A DNA stretch of 64,000 nucleotides, from the NCBI GenBank assembly GCA_045863235.1, contig BTUM01000010.1:1-64000 (forward strand), read 5' to 3'. The position numbers and the translations under genes were made by a program. Source of the DNA: Candidatus Xenobia bacterium (lineage in GTDB: Bacteria; Vulcanimicrobiota; Xenobia; Xenobiales; QWHO01). Below, in pieces: positions 51,523 to 60,494 of the stretch. The notes beneath the pieces were generated by a model. It saw nothing but the letters and a program-made list of their open reading frames with translations, did not search any database and was not told the DNA's origin. How positions within the stretch are numbered: the first letter of the stretch is position 1; every line of letters starts with the position of its first letter.

Positions 51523-52208
51523 GGCGCCCGGCCGTGCTCCACGAAGTCGCGCACCCGGCGCTGTACCCTGGGCTCGGCCAGCAGCTCGTCGGTGATCAGA
51601 ACGCCTCGAGCCAGCCCCTCGGCCAGCTCCAGGCGCTCGGCCTGGCTGACGAAAGAACGCAGGCGCCCCGCGCCAACGCCCCGGGCCAGATCGCGCGACC
51701 AGCGTCGGGCCACTCGCTCCAAAGAATCCTCCGGGGCGATCTCATCCACCAGGCCACTGGCCTGAGCCCACTCGGCAGTCCGACTGCTCCCGACCATGGC
51801 CAGCAGTCGAGCCTTCTGAGGAGACATCCGTTGCAGCAAGACGGGCATGATGATGGCCGGCAACAGACCGAACAGACATTCCGGCAGCCCGAAGGTAGAG
51901 CGCGGCGTGGCCAGCACCAGGTCGCAGGCCGCGGCCAGGCCCAGCCCGCCTCCCAGAGTCTCGCCGTCCACCAGGGCCACGGTCGGCACGGGAGCCTCGA
52001 CCAGGCTGGCGAGACAGGCTGCAAAATCCTGCGTGCTCGGTGTCTGGCCCATCAGGGCAAGGTCGAGGCCGCGGCAGAAGATCCCCGCCTGGCCCTCCAG
52101 CAGCCAGATCCTGGCCTCCTCCGCGGCTGCGCGCTCGAGCTGGTGGGCCAGCCCGGCCAAGGTCTCGGGCGACAGTGTCGCCGGCACCTCAATGCGCATC
52201 AGCTCCAA
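51507..52208 (-). CDS. ECH1 (PksH-like) dehydratase of a beta-branching cassette
   Basis: FCRGLDL, GGGLGLAAACD, FGLPECLFGLLPA. Confidence 0.85.
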   Translation of the reverse strand: MELMRIEVPATLSPETLAGLAHQLERAAAEEARIWLLEGQAGIFCRGLDLALMGQTPSTQDFAACLASLVEAPVPTVALVDGETLGGGLGLAAACDLVLATPRSTFGLPECLFGLLPAIIMPVLLQRMSPQKARLLAMVGSSRTAEWAQASGLVDEIAPEDSLERVARRWSRDLARGVGAGRLRSFVSQAERLELAEGLARGVLITDELLAEPRVQRRVRDFVEHGRAPWEKR

Positions 52209-53425
52209 CCATACTGGCGATAGAATTCGTGGGCACCGCGAAAGACGAGATAGCCCTTGCCGGCATAGTGTCTCTCGTACCAGTGGTCAAAGCCACTCGT
52301 GTCGGCCTCGAAGTCGCCGTCGTCGATGTGGGCCGTGCGCTCGCCCTCGGCCTGCTCATACTCCTCAACGCTGAGCCCATGGCGCTGGTCGAGCAACCTC
52401 TTGAGATCAGCGGCAGCTGCCACCGAGTGGGCCTGCGGGCCGAGCAGGCCGCTCCACATTTCCGAGCAGCACCCGGATCCGTAAGAGAACATCCCGATTC
52501 GATCCCCGGTCTCAAGCTCGGGGCACTCGTCCAGCAGGCCCAGCAGGCCCACGAAAGTGCTCGAGCCATAGGTTCCACCCAGGCGACGGATGTAGGTCAG
52601 CGAGGGTCGGGTCTTCTCGGCCCAGAGCTCATCCGCCTCAGATCGCTTGTAGCTGCCAAAGTGGCCCAGAGCCGTGCGCGTGGCCCGCAGGGTCAGCCCG
52701 CCGAAAGGCGCGTGGTAGACATTCTTTTTGAAGTAGTCGTAACCGACGCTCTGACCGAGCGTCCTGAGGTAGTCCGCCACAGCCATGTCCAGTGCTTCCA
52801 GATAACTGAGCAGGCTGGTCTCGCTGTTGCCGGTCTCTACCCGCGAGGTTGGCCGGGTGAGGTCCGAAACCTCGTTGGTGAAGATGCCGCTCTTGCCCGG
52901 CTCGATCTCCAAAAGGTCGGGCTCAGACGAGACCAGCAGGGCCGTGGCGCTGGCGCCCATCACGAACTCCCACGGCTTGCCAAAGTGGGCCCGGCTCTGA
53001 TCGGTCGAGATCACCAGAGCCTTCTTACCCGCCCCCCCGCTAGCCAGCCAGCTGGCGGCCATGTGCAAACCCGCGGTGGCTCCGTAGCACGCGTGCTTGA
53101 GCTCGAAGTTGCGGCAACGACTGGTCAGCCCCAGGTAGCGCTGGACCCAGGTGCTCATCGGCTTCTCCTGGTCCACCCCGCTCTCGCTGCCCACGATCAA
53201 GAGCTCGATCGAGGCCTTCTCTTCCTCGGTCAGCATGGGCAGGGCGGCGTTCACGGCCATGGTGACCGGGTCTTCCCAGGGTGGATTGACGCTGCGCTCG
53301 TCGATCATCATGACCTCGCGGATATTGGCCGGGTCGTGGTTGCGGGCCGCGCACAGGCGGTCCATGGGGAGGGCCATGCTGGCCGGATAAACCCGAGCCT
53401 TCTCGATGCCGACGCGCGAGCTCAT
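52199..53425 (-). CDS. HMG-CoA/HMG-ACP synthase (PksG-like)
   Basis: EDPVTMAVNAA, ELKHACYGAT, YHAPF, FSYGSGCCSE. Confidence 0.92.
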   Translation of the reverse strand: MSSRVGIEKARVYPASMALPMDRLCAARNHDPANIREVMMIDERSVNPPWEDPVTMAVNAALPMLTEEEKASIELLIVGSESGVDQEKPMSTWVQRYLGLTSRCRNFELKHACYGATAGLHMAASWLASGGAGKKALVISTDQSRAHFGKPWEFVMGASATALLVSSEPDLLEIEPGKSGIFTNEVSDLTRPTSRVETGNSETSLLSYLEALDMAVADYLRTLGQSVGYDYFKKNVYHAPFGGLTLRATRTALGHFGSYKRSEADELWAEKTRPSLTYIRRLGGTYGSSTFVGLLGLLDECPELETGDRIGMFSYGSGCCSEMWSGLLGPQAHSVAAAADLKRLLDQRHGLSVEEYEQAEGERTAHIDDGDFEADTSGFDHWYERHYAGKGYLVFRGAHEFYRQYGWS

Positions 53426-54162
53426 GGACCCCAGTCCAGCCCGCCGGTGACCGAGATGGCTTCACCATTGATATAGCTGGCGGCCTCGGAGCAAAGAAAG
53501 AGGATGGCTCGAGCCGCCTCGACAGGCTCGCCGGTGCGACCGAGCGGGTTGTAGGTTATCCAGAACTGCCGGTTGCCCTCGCTCATTCCCTCGCGGGTCA
53601 TGTCGGTCTCGATGAAACCGAGCAACACCGCGTTACTGCGGATGCCGCGGCGGCCATACTCCTTGGCCAGGGTGCTGGACAGACCGAGCAGGCCGGCCTT
53701 GCTGGCGGCGTAGGGAGCCTGACCGCTGATTCCCTTCGCCCCCATCGAGGAAACAAAAACGAGGCTGCCGCTTCGATTGGCCACCATGCCAGGGAGAAAT
53801 TGACGAGCCACAAAGAAAGAGCCCGTCAGGTTGGTATCGATGACCGTCTGCCAGGTTTCGTCCGGCATGTTGGCCGCCAGTCCGTTCAGGTTGATGCCGG
53901 CGTTACAGATCACCGCATCCACCCGGTCGAAGTCATCGAGCACCTGGTTTCCGACCTCATCGACCTGGTCCGAGTTGCGCACATCTAGAGGATAAGCCTG
54001 GCAGCGAGCCTCGGGACGGACCGCGTGGGCGGCTCGGATGACCTCCTCGGCCCGGTCGGGGCTGGTGTGGTAGGTAAAAGCCACCTCGTAGCCCTGACGA
54101 ATCGCCTCCAAAACGATGGCCTGGCCGATTCCGCGCGATCCCCCGGTGATGAAGACGTTCAC
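53422..54162 (-). CDS. 3-oxoacyl-ACP reductase (FabG-like)
   Basis: ITGGSRGIG, NAG, GQAPYAASK, GFIETDM. Confidence 0.9.
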   Translation of the reverse strand: MNVFITGGSRGIGQAIVLEAIRQGYEVAFTYHTSPDRAEEVIRAAHAVRPEARCQAYPLDVRNSDQVDEVGNQVLDDFDRVDAVICNAGINLNGLAANMPDETWQTVIDTNLTGSFFVARQFLPGMVANRSGSLVFVSSMGAKGISGQAPYAASKAGLLGLSSTLAKEYGRRGIRSNAVLLGFIETDMTREGMSEGNRQFWITYNPLGRTGEPVEAARAILFLCSEAASYINGEAISVTGGLDWGP

Positions 54163-55457
54163 GCTCCAACCTCCTCGGGCTCGGGGCGGCGTAAGATGGA
54201 CACCGAGTTGATGCCTCCGAAGCCAAACGAGTTCTTCATGACGTAGCGCATCGGATGCTCCACCACGCGCCCGCGGCAAACGTCCAGGTCGACCTCCGGG
54301 TCCAGCTCATCGATATTGATGGAAGGATGCAAGCGACCGGCGTTCATCTGCAGGATGGCTGCCACCGACTCCACCAGGGGGGCAGCCCAGCAGGTGTGGC
54401 CGAGCATGGACTTGGTCGCGTTCAGCTTGAGCTTGTAAGCGTGAGGTCCGAAGACCTTCTTGATGGACCGAATCTCGGTCAGGTCGCCGAGCGGGGTGGA
54501 GGTGGCGTGGGCATTGACGTAGTCGATCTGCTCCGGGGCCAGTTGGCAGGTTTGGAGCAGTCGCAGCATCAGCCTGGACTGACCCTCCTCGGAAGGCTGG
54601 GGCAGGTGGTTGCCGTCCGAGTTGCTCTCCACCCCGACCAGCTCGGCATGGATGCGGGCCCCCCGACGGCGGGCCGCCTCCCAGGACTCCAGCACCAGGG
54701 TGGCGCCCCCGTGGGCCGGCACGAAACCTTCCCGGCGGACGTCAAAGGGACGGCTGGCTCGGGTGGGGTCGTCGTTGAAGCTCTCAAAGGTAATGGCGCC
54801 CATCAGCGCCATGGCGTGCAGCTCCACCGGGGAAAAATCCAGCACCGCCCCCACCACCACGGCCACCTCCACCTCGTGGTAACGAATCTCGTCCACTGCC
54901 GAGCGAAGGGCGGCGTTGCCGCTCGCGCAGGCGCCTCCGATGGTGTAGATGGGGCCCATCACCGGCAGGACCTCGGAGATCGAGCCGGCATGATCGGTGT
55001 CAAGGCCCGTCAGAGCGAGCAGCGAGTCCATATAGTCCGGCTCTTCCTCGAACTGCAGCCGGTTCTGGTACTGGAAGTCGAAGTTGATGTTGTGACCGGC
55101 CACGATGGCGGCGATCCGGGATGGATCGATCTCCTGGCCGAACAGGCCCGCGTCCTGAAAGCCGTCCACCGCCAGCAGCATGGAAAGGCCGGTCGACCAG
55201 GGGGCGCGGGAAACCAGCTTGCGCAAGCGCTTGTGGACGTCGGCCGGAATCTCGCTGCTCAACCGGGCCAGTTTTGCCTTCACGTCGTAGTCGCTGAGGT
55301 CGGCTCCCACCTTGGAGTAGATCCGGGAGGTATCCCAGCGCTTCCAGTTGGAGAGGGCCGAGCGGCCCGCCAGCAAGGCCTCGAGGTAGCCCGGCAGCGT
55401 GTCCCCCAGGGGAGTGTTGATAGCCATCCCCGTGACGGCGATGCGCTCACTCCTCAA
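54159..55457 (-). CDS. Stand-alone ketosynthase (FabF/PksF-like), catalytic Cys retained
   Basis: GGACASG, NAHATSTPLGD, KSMLGH, NSFGFGG. Confidence 0.92.
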   Translation of the reverse strand: MRSERIAVTGMAINTPLGDTLPGYLEALLAGRSALSNWKRWDTSRIYSKVGADLSDYDVKAKLARLSSEIPADVHKRLRKLVSRAPWSTGLSMLLAVDGFQDAGLFGQEIDPSRIAAIVAGHNINFDFQYQNRLQFEEEPDYMDSLLALTGLDTDHAGSISEVLPVMGPIYTIGGACASGNAALRSAVDEIRYHEVEVAVVVGAVLDFSPVELHAMALMGAITFESFNDDPTRASRPFDVRREGFVPAHGGATLVLESWEAARRRGARIHAELVGVESNSDGNHLPQPSEEGQSRLMLRLLQTCQLAPEQIDYVNAHATSTPLGDLTEIRSIKKVFGPHAYKLKLNATKSMLGHTCWAAPLVESVAAILQMNAGRLHPSINIDELDPEVDLDVCRGRVVEHPMRYVMKNSFGFGGINSVSILRRPEPEEVGA

Positions 55458-55953
55458 CCAGGTAGACCTCTTGAACCGAATACGAGCAGATCGTCTCCCG
55501 GCAGAGCACCTGTCCCAGGCACAGAGCCGTGTAATCGTTCCAATCGAGGATGCGGGCCAACAAGGTCAGCTCGCTGTCGGGGCCGATGGCCTCCAGATAC
55601 TCGGCGGTGTGCACCTTGAGGGCCCGCACTCGAGACGAGCGCCCCAGCAGATAAGGCAACAGGCACAACCCGAGCTGGCCCACCATCTCGATCTGCAGCA
55701 CCCCGGGATAGACCGGCTCGCCCGGAAAGTGGCCCGCGAACACGGGGTCGCTGGCAGACACGTAGCGTCGGCCCCGAATCGATTGCTCCTCGACGCCGAT
55801 GTGGGTGATCTCGTCCAAGAACAGGAATGGTTCGCGGTGTGGGAGCATCCGCTCGATCTCCTCGCGGCCCAGAAAGACCCCCTCCCCTTGCGGAACCCAG
55901 ATGGGCTTACGCCGGGCCGACTTACCGGTGGAACGCAGCTCCAGCGGGTCCAC
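55447..55953 (-). CDS. 3-hydroxyacyl-ACP dehydratase (FabZ-like)
   Basis: LPHREPFLFLD, GHFPGEPVYPGVLQIE. Confidence 0.9.
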   Translation of the reverse strand: MDPLELRSTGKSARRKPIWVPQGEGVFLGREEIERMLPHREPFLFLDEITHIGVEEQSIRGRRYVSASDPVFAGHFPGEPVYPGVLQIEMVGQLGLCLLPYLLGRSSRVRALKVHTAEYLEAIGPDSELTLLARILDWNDYTALCLGQVLCRETICSYSVQEVYLVEE

Positions 55954-56893
55954 TCAGAAGCTCCTCCACCAGCGTCGCCATTGAAGCACCAAAATCTCCT
56001 TCTGAGTCGGTCGTGTAGCGCTTCGGATCCAGCCACTTTCTTCCAAAGAAGTCCGTAAGCACCGATTTGGGGCCGGTTTCTACGAAGATCAAGTCTTTCT
56101 CCTGCCGAGAAAGGCACTCCATGGACTCCCTCCAGCGCACCGGATTCCAGGTGTGGCGAGACAGACAATCGATGAAACCGACGCGATCGGGCTCAGCCAG
56201 GAATTCTCCCGTCAGGTTGGGCAGATAGGGGCGCTCTGGGGTCCGCCAGCAAGCCGCCTCCAGGGCCGGCCGCAGGACCTCCCCGGTGGAGCGAAAGCGG
56301 GGCGAATGCATGGGCAATCGCTCCTCGATCACGCGCGACTGGGCATAGAACTCTTCCTCGGCCTGCAGGGCCAGTCTCTCGACCAGGTCGGCCTGGCCGG
56401 AGAGGACGCACTGGCGGGGCGTGTTGTACATTCCGATGCCCACCTGCCCGTCTGTCCTGGTCCGCTCCAGGAGCTCCTCGATCTCCTCGGGACCGACCGG
56501 AAAAACTGCCGTCATGACTCCCTCGGGACCCTCCTCATAGGCCAGGCCGCGAACTTCGAGGATGCGCAGCGCCTCCTCGAAATCCAGGGCCCCGATGTGA
56601 ACCAGGTGATTGAACTCGCCCAGGCTCAGGCCAGCCGAATACTCCGCCTCCAGGCCCTGCCGCTGCAGATTCTGCCAGTGCATGTGATTGGCCAGAAAAA
56701 CCCCCAGCTGGACGTCGCGGTTGCGCTCGAACACCGTCGGATTGTCGGAGCGAAAGTGGCGCTTGAGGTCGCGTCCGAGAACGTCCGAGGCTTGCTCGAG
56801 AATGGCCAGGTTGCGGGGATCCCAGGCCAGGAGGTGGTCGAACATAGCCGGGTATCTGGAGTTTTGTCCGGGGAAGAGCAGAGCGACGGGCAT
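55922..56893 (-). CDS. Malonyl-CoA:ACP transacylase (FabD-like)
   Basis: LFPGQ, GLSLGE, PMHS, PVRW. Confidence 0.9.
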   Translation of the reverse strand: MPVALLFPGQNSRYPAMFDHLLAWDPRNLAILEQASDVLGRDLKRHFRSDNPTVFERNRDVQLGVFLANHMHWQNLQRQGLEAEYSAGLSLGEFNHLVHIGALDFEEALRILEVRGLAYEEGPEGVMTAVFPVGPEEIEELLERTRTDGQVGIGMYNTPRQCVLSGQADLVERLALQAEEEFYAQSRVIEERLPMHSPRFRSTGEVLRPALEAACWRTPERPYLPNLTGEFLAEPDRVGFIDCLSRHTWNPVRWRESMECLSRQEKDLIFVETGPKSVLTDFFGRKWLDPKRYTTDSEGDFGASMATLVEELLSGPAGAAFHR

Positions 56894-56966
56894 GGGGCTA
56901 ATGGGCTCTCGCTCGGGTCGTGCCCGGCAGCACAATCTGGCGACCGGGCCGCCACAGGCATTGCAC

Positions 56967-58235
56967 TTAGACCTGGACCCCCTTGAGCAAGCCTCTGCTG
57001 CGCATGGCCGGCACGATCACGTCGGCGATGATCCCGAGCGCCTGGTCCAGGCTCTCGCGGCTGTGCCCGGCCGTCACGCTGGCCCGGAAGCGCAACTGCT
57101 CGAGCGGGACGCTGGGATAGTCCACCGGGCTGACGAACAGGCCCCGGTCCCGGAGGGCGTGGCCCAGTTCGTAGAGCAAGGCCCGGTCGTCGCCGATCAC
57201 GATGGGAATCACGTAGCTGTTGGAATCGCCCGTATTCAGGCCCAGGCCATGGAGTTGCCGGCGGAAATAGTTGGCGTTCTCCCACAGGCGCTCTCGCCGC
57301 CACGGCTCTTCCCGGACGACCTCCAGCGCGGCCGACAGACCGGCGACCGTGGCCGGGGGCAGAGCGCACGAGAAGCCATAGGGATTGGAGTAGAAGCGCA
57401 GGTAATCGACGATCTCCGGAGTCGCAGCGGCAAAGCCCCCACACGATGAAAAGCCCTTGGAGAAGGTTCCATACTGGATGCCGACCCTCTGGCCGGCTCC
57501 AAAGTGCTCCACGACCCCCCCACCCCCGGGTCCGCAGCACAGGATGGAGTGGGCCTCATCGACCAGCATGCCCACCCGGTGGCTTTCGGCCACCTCGAGC
57601 AGGGCCGGCAGGTTGGCCATGTCGCCATCCATCGAGTAGATCCCCTCCACGATGACGATCCGGCGCTTGCCGCTCTCCCGGGTCAAGATGGCGTCCAGAG
57701 ACTGCGGGTCATTGTGCTGGAAGAAGGCCAGCCTGGCTCCCGATACCCGGACCCCGTCCACCAGCGACGTGTGGGAGCGCTCGTCGAGGACGGCGCAGTC
57801 CCCCTTGCGCAGCAGTCCGGCCACCGTCCCCAGCGCGCCGGCAAATCCGCTGTTGTAGGTCAACACGCCCTCCTGCCCGGTGAGAAGCCGAAGTCCGCTC
57901 TCCAACTGGTCGTGCAGGGTGGTTCGGCCCGAGAGGATGGGTGAGCCGCATGAGCCGGTGCCGAACTGATCGAGCGCGTCCTTGGCGGCCTGGATGATCT
58001 TTGGATGGCGCATCAGCGCCAGGTAGCCGTACGAGGCCATGTTGATGACCGACCGGGAGCCCAGTCGGCAGGTCGCTTCGGCAGCCGAGCCCAGGGAAGG
58101 CTCGTAGAGGGAGATGGCCCAGGCCACGTCGCGCCGCCACTTGAGGAAATCGGGCGGGGGAACCAGCGGATCGTCAGTCTCGGCCAGAAAAAAATCTGCC
58201 AGGCTGAACTTGTCGGATTCAGACCCTGAGTTCAT
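56967..58235 (-). CDS. PLP alpha-oxoamine synthase, serine-palmitoyltransferase-like
   Basis: SYGYL, EGIYSMDGD, VDEAHS, GTFSK. Confidence 0.85.
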   Translation of the reverse strand: MNSGSESDKFSLADFFLAETDDPLVPPPDFLKWRRDVAWAISLYEPSLGSAAEATCRLGSRSVINMASYGYLALMRHPKIIQAAKDALDQFGTGSCGSPILSGRTTLHDQLESGLRLLTGQEGVLTYNSGFAGALGTVAGLLRKGDCAVLDERSHTSLVDGVRVSGARLAFFQHNDPQSLDAILTRESGKRRIVIVEGIYSMDGDMANLPALLEVAESHRVGMLVDEAHSILCCGPGGGGVVEHFGAGQRVGIQYGTFSKGFSSCGGFAAATPEIVDYLRFYSNPYGFSCALPPATVAGLSAALEVVREEPWRRERLWENANYFRRQLHGLGLNTGDSNSYVIPIVIGDDRALLYELGHALRDRGLFVSPVDYPSVPLEQLRFRASVTAGHSRESLDQALGIIADVIVPAMRSRGLLKGVQV

Positions 58236-58238
58236 GGC

Positions 58239-58505
58239 TCAGGAGGCCGGGGCTTGTTCCTTCTGAGCGACGGTCTGGTGCAGAATGTCGACCAGGGCGT
58301 CCAGATTGGTGAGTTTGGAGAGCTCAGAGCGAGGGATCTTGACCTTCAGCTCGCGCATCGAGCAGGAAACGATCTCCACGATATCCAGGCTGTTCAGGCC
58401 CAGGTCTTTCATGGAGCGGGAGGGGTCGATCTGCGCCTCCTGGATCTCCTCGGAAATCTCCATGATGTGCTTGTTGATGACCGCTTGAATCGCTTCCCTC
58501 GTCAT
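58239..58505 (-). CDS. Acyl carrier protein (AcpK/donor-type)
   Basis: DLGLNSLD motif; GGAGG RBS. Confidence 0.9.
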   Translation of the reverse strand: MTREAIQAVINKHIMEISEEIQEAQIDPSRSMKDLGLNSLDIVEIVSCSMRELKVKIPRSELSKLTNLDALVDILHQTVAQKEQAPAS

Positions 58506-58711
58506 GATCTGGAACCTCCCGTACTCGTGGCGGGGACTTCAAAGGGTCGTGTCGGCGTTCCTTCCAACCAAAAGCCGATCCCGGCCGACGAAGGGAGGAG
58601 GGCGAGGACCAGCGCCCGGGAAGGACCAGGCGGTCAGTTGGACCTGGCCAGGGGCGAAAGGCCCGGTGGTCGCCACAGGAACTCCGTGGAAGGCCGCTAA
58701 ACTCCCTCGTT

Positions 58712-59410
58712 GTGCGAGCGGGGTTGGTAGTTCCTCGAACCATCTTTCAGACCTGGCGCAACAAGACTGCTCTGCCCCAGGATGTGGAGCCTTACGTGGC
58801 CCGTCTGCGGGACTTTTGCATCCAACACGGATTCGAGCACGTCCTGGTCGATGATGACGAAATGACGAGCTTCGTCCGTGATTCGTTCCCGGGCTATCTC
58901 CCGGTCTATAAGTCCCTGGAGACCGTGGTGGAGCGGACCGACCTCTGGCGCTACCTGATCTTGCTCCGGCACGGGGGCTTCTATCTGGACCTGGACTGCG
59001 AGATTACGGAGGCGTTCGGCCGCGTGACGGACCATTTGGACAAGCCCCTGGTCCAGGTTGAGCACGACAAGTGGCTCGACTGGGCTCGAGGCGTGTGCCA
59101 TCTTCCCCAGATTGGCCAGTTCTTTCTCGGTTTTCCCGCCGGGAGCCCGATCCTGGAGGAGGTCGTAGCGGAGGTGGTCCGTCGCCTCGAGCACAGACCT
59201 TACCGGAAGCTGGGCCGCTATCAGGAGATCCTTTTCACGACCGGACCGGGGGCCTTCGGAGAGGTCGTGTGCCGCCACCGAACCCGGGTCCACTTCTTTC
59301 GAGTCAACCAGTTGGTCGTCCACCATACGCGAGGAAACTGGGTGGGCGGGCTCAACCGGGGTCCTCTGCGATGGCTCTGGCGCCGCTGCTCTGTTCCCTA
59401 TGTCCGGTAG
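58712..59410 (+). CDS. GT32 (DXD, Och1/Sur1-like) glycosyltransferase
   Basis: VPRTIFQTW, RTDLWRYLILLRHGGFYLDLD, TTGPG, HH..G.W. Confidence 0.88.
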   Translation: MRAGLVVPRTIFQTWRNKTALPQDVEPYVARLRDFCIQHGFEHVLVDDDEMTSFVRDSFPGYLPVYKSLETVVERTDLWRYLILLRHGGFYLDLDCEITEAFGRVTDHLDKPLVQVEHDKWLDWARGVCHLPQIGQFFLGFPAGSPILEEVVAEVVRRLEHRPYRKLGRYQEILFTTGPGAFGEVVCRHRTRVHFFRVNQLVVHHTRGNWVGGLNRGPLRWLWRRCSVPYVR

Positions 59411-59522
59411 GAGTGAGAGGGTCCCGGGCCACGGGGACGGTTGACCGGTCCCACGGACCAGGAGGGCTCGGGAGCACCAGCCAGCAGCAGGAAGCCCTGG
59501 CTCGAGCCCAAAGCCTGCCTCC

Positions 59523-60494
59523 ATGCGCATCCTGGTTACCGGGGGGGGAGGGTTCATCGGCTCGGTCGTGGTCTTGAAACTGCTCGAGCAGGGCCACCAG
59601 GTGCGCTGCTACCTGCGTGACCCGACTCGGGCCCAGCGATTGCAGGGACTTGATTACGAGACCGCGCTGGGGGACATCCTGGATCCCGTGGCCACGGGGC
59701 AGGCTCTGGAAGGCTGTGAAGCGGCGATCCACCTCGCCTGCATCTCGGACTGGAGTAACATTCGCTCGGGACGGATGCAGCAGGTCGTGGTGCAGGGCAC
59801 CCGCAACGTGCTGGAGGCGGCTCGCCGGGCCGGTTGCCGCCGAGCCGTCTACGTCTCCTCCAGCCTGGCCGTCTGCGCCAGTGAGACGCCCCGGGTCTTC
59901 GACGAGTCCTCCCCCGCTTCACCCCATCTCTCCAGCCTGGTTTACGCCCGGGCCAAGGTCGAGGCCGAAGGGTTGTGCCGTGCCTTCTGTCGGGACGGAC
60001 TGGAGGTCGTGATCGTGAACCCCTGCGAGGTCTACGGGCCCAGGGATGACCGCCTGGTGACGGCCGCAAATCTGATCGATTTTGCCCGAAGCTCCCCGGT
60101 ACTGGTCTGCGACGGCGGGACGTCGGTCGTCTTCGTCGAGGACGTGGCCGAGGGGATCCTGGCCGCCCTGCAGCGCGGCACAGCAGGAGAGCGCTACATT
60201 CTGGGCGGGGAGAACCTCACGGTGCGCCAGTTGGCGGAGCTTACCCTGGAGTTGCTGGGCCGTCAGCAGAAGATCGTCAAGATGCCGAACAAGCTGCTGC
60301 GACCCATTGCCTGGCTGGGCCGCACCCTGCGCCTACCGCTGCCATTCGAGCCGGAGGTAATCCCCTACGCCACGCTCTACTGGTTCATGGACAACTCCAA
60401 GGCGTGCCGGGAGTTGAACCTGTCCTTTCGATCGGCCCGGGACACCCTGGCTCCCACCTTGCGCTGGCTGCAAGAGAGCGGCCACATTCGCTAA
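59523..60494 (+). CDS. NAD-dependent epimerase/dehydratase family reductase
   Basis: VTGGGGFIG, YARAK, VNPCEVYGP. Confidence 0.9.
   Translation: MRILVTGGGGFIGSVVVLKLLEQGHQVRCYLRDPTRAQRLQGLDYETALGDILDPVATGQALEGCEAAIHLACISDWSNIRSGRMQQVVVQGTRNVLEAARRAGCRRAVYVSSSLAVCASETPRVFDESSPASPHLSSLVYARAKVEAEGLCRAFCRDGLEVVIVNPCEVYGPRDDRLVTAANLIDFARSSPVLVCDGGTSVVFVEDVAEGILAALQRGTAGERYILGGENLTVRQLAELTLELLGRQQKIVKMPNKLLRPIAWLGRTLRLPLPFEPEVIPYATLYWFMDNSKACRELNLSFRSARDTLAPTLRWLQESGHIR

Noticed and set aside
52199..53425. HMG-CoA synthase as part of the mevalonate pathway
   Set aside because: No HMG-CoA reductase or kinases nearby; the ECH1/ECH2/ACP context indicates beta-branching
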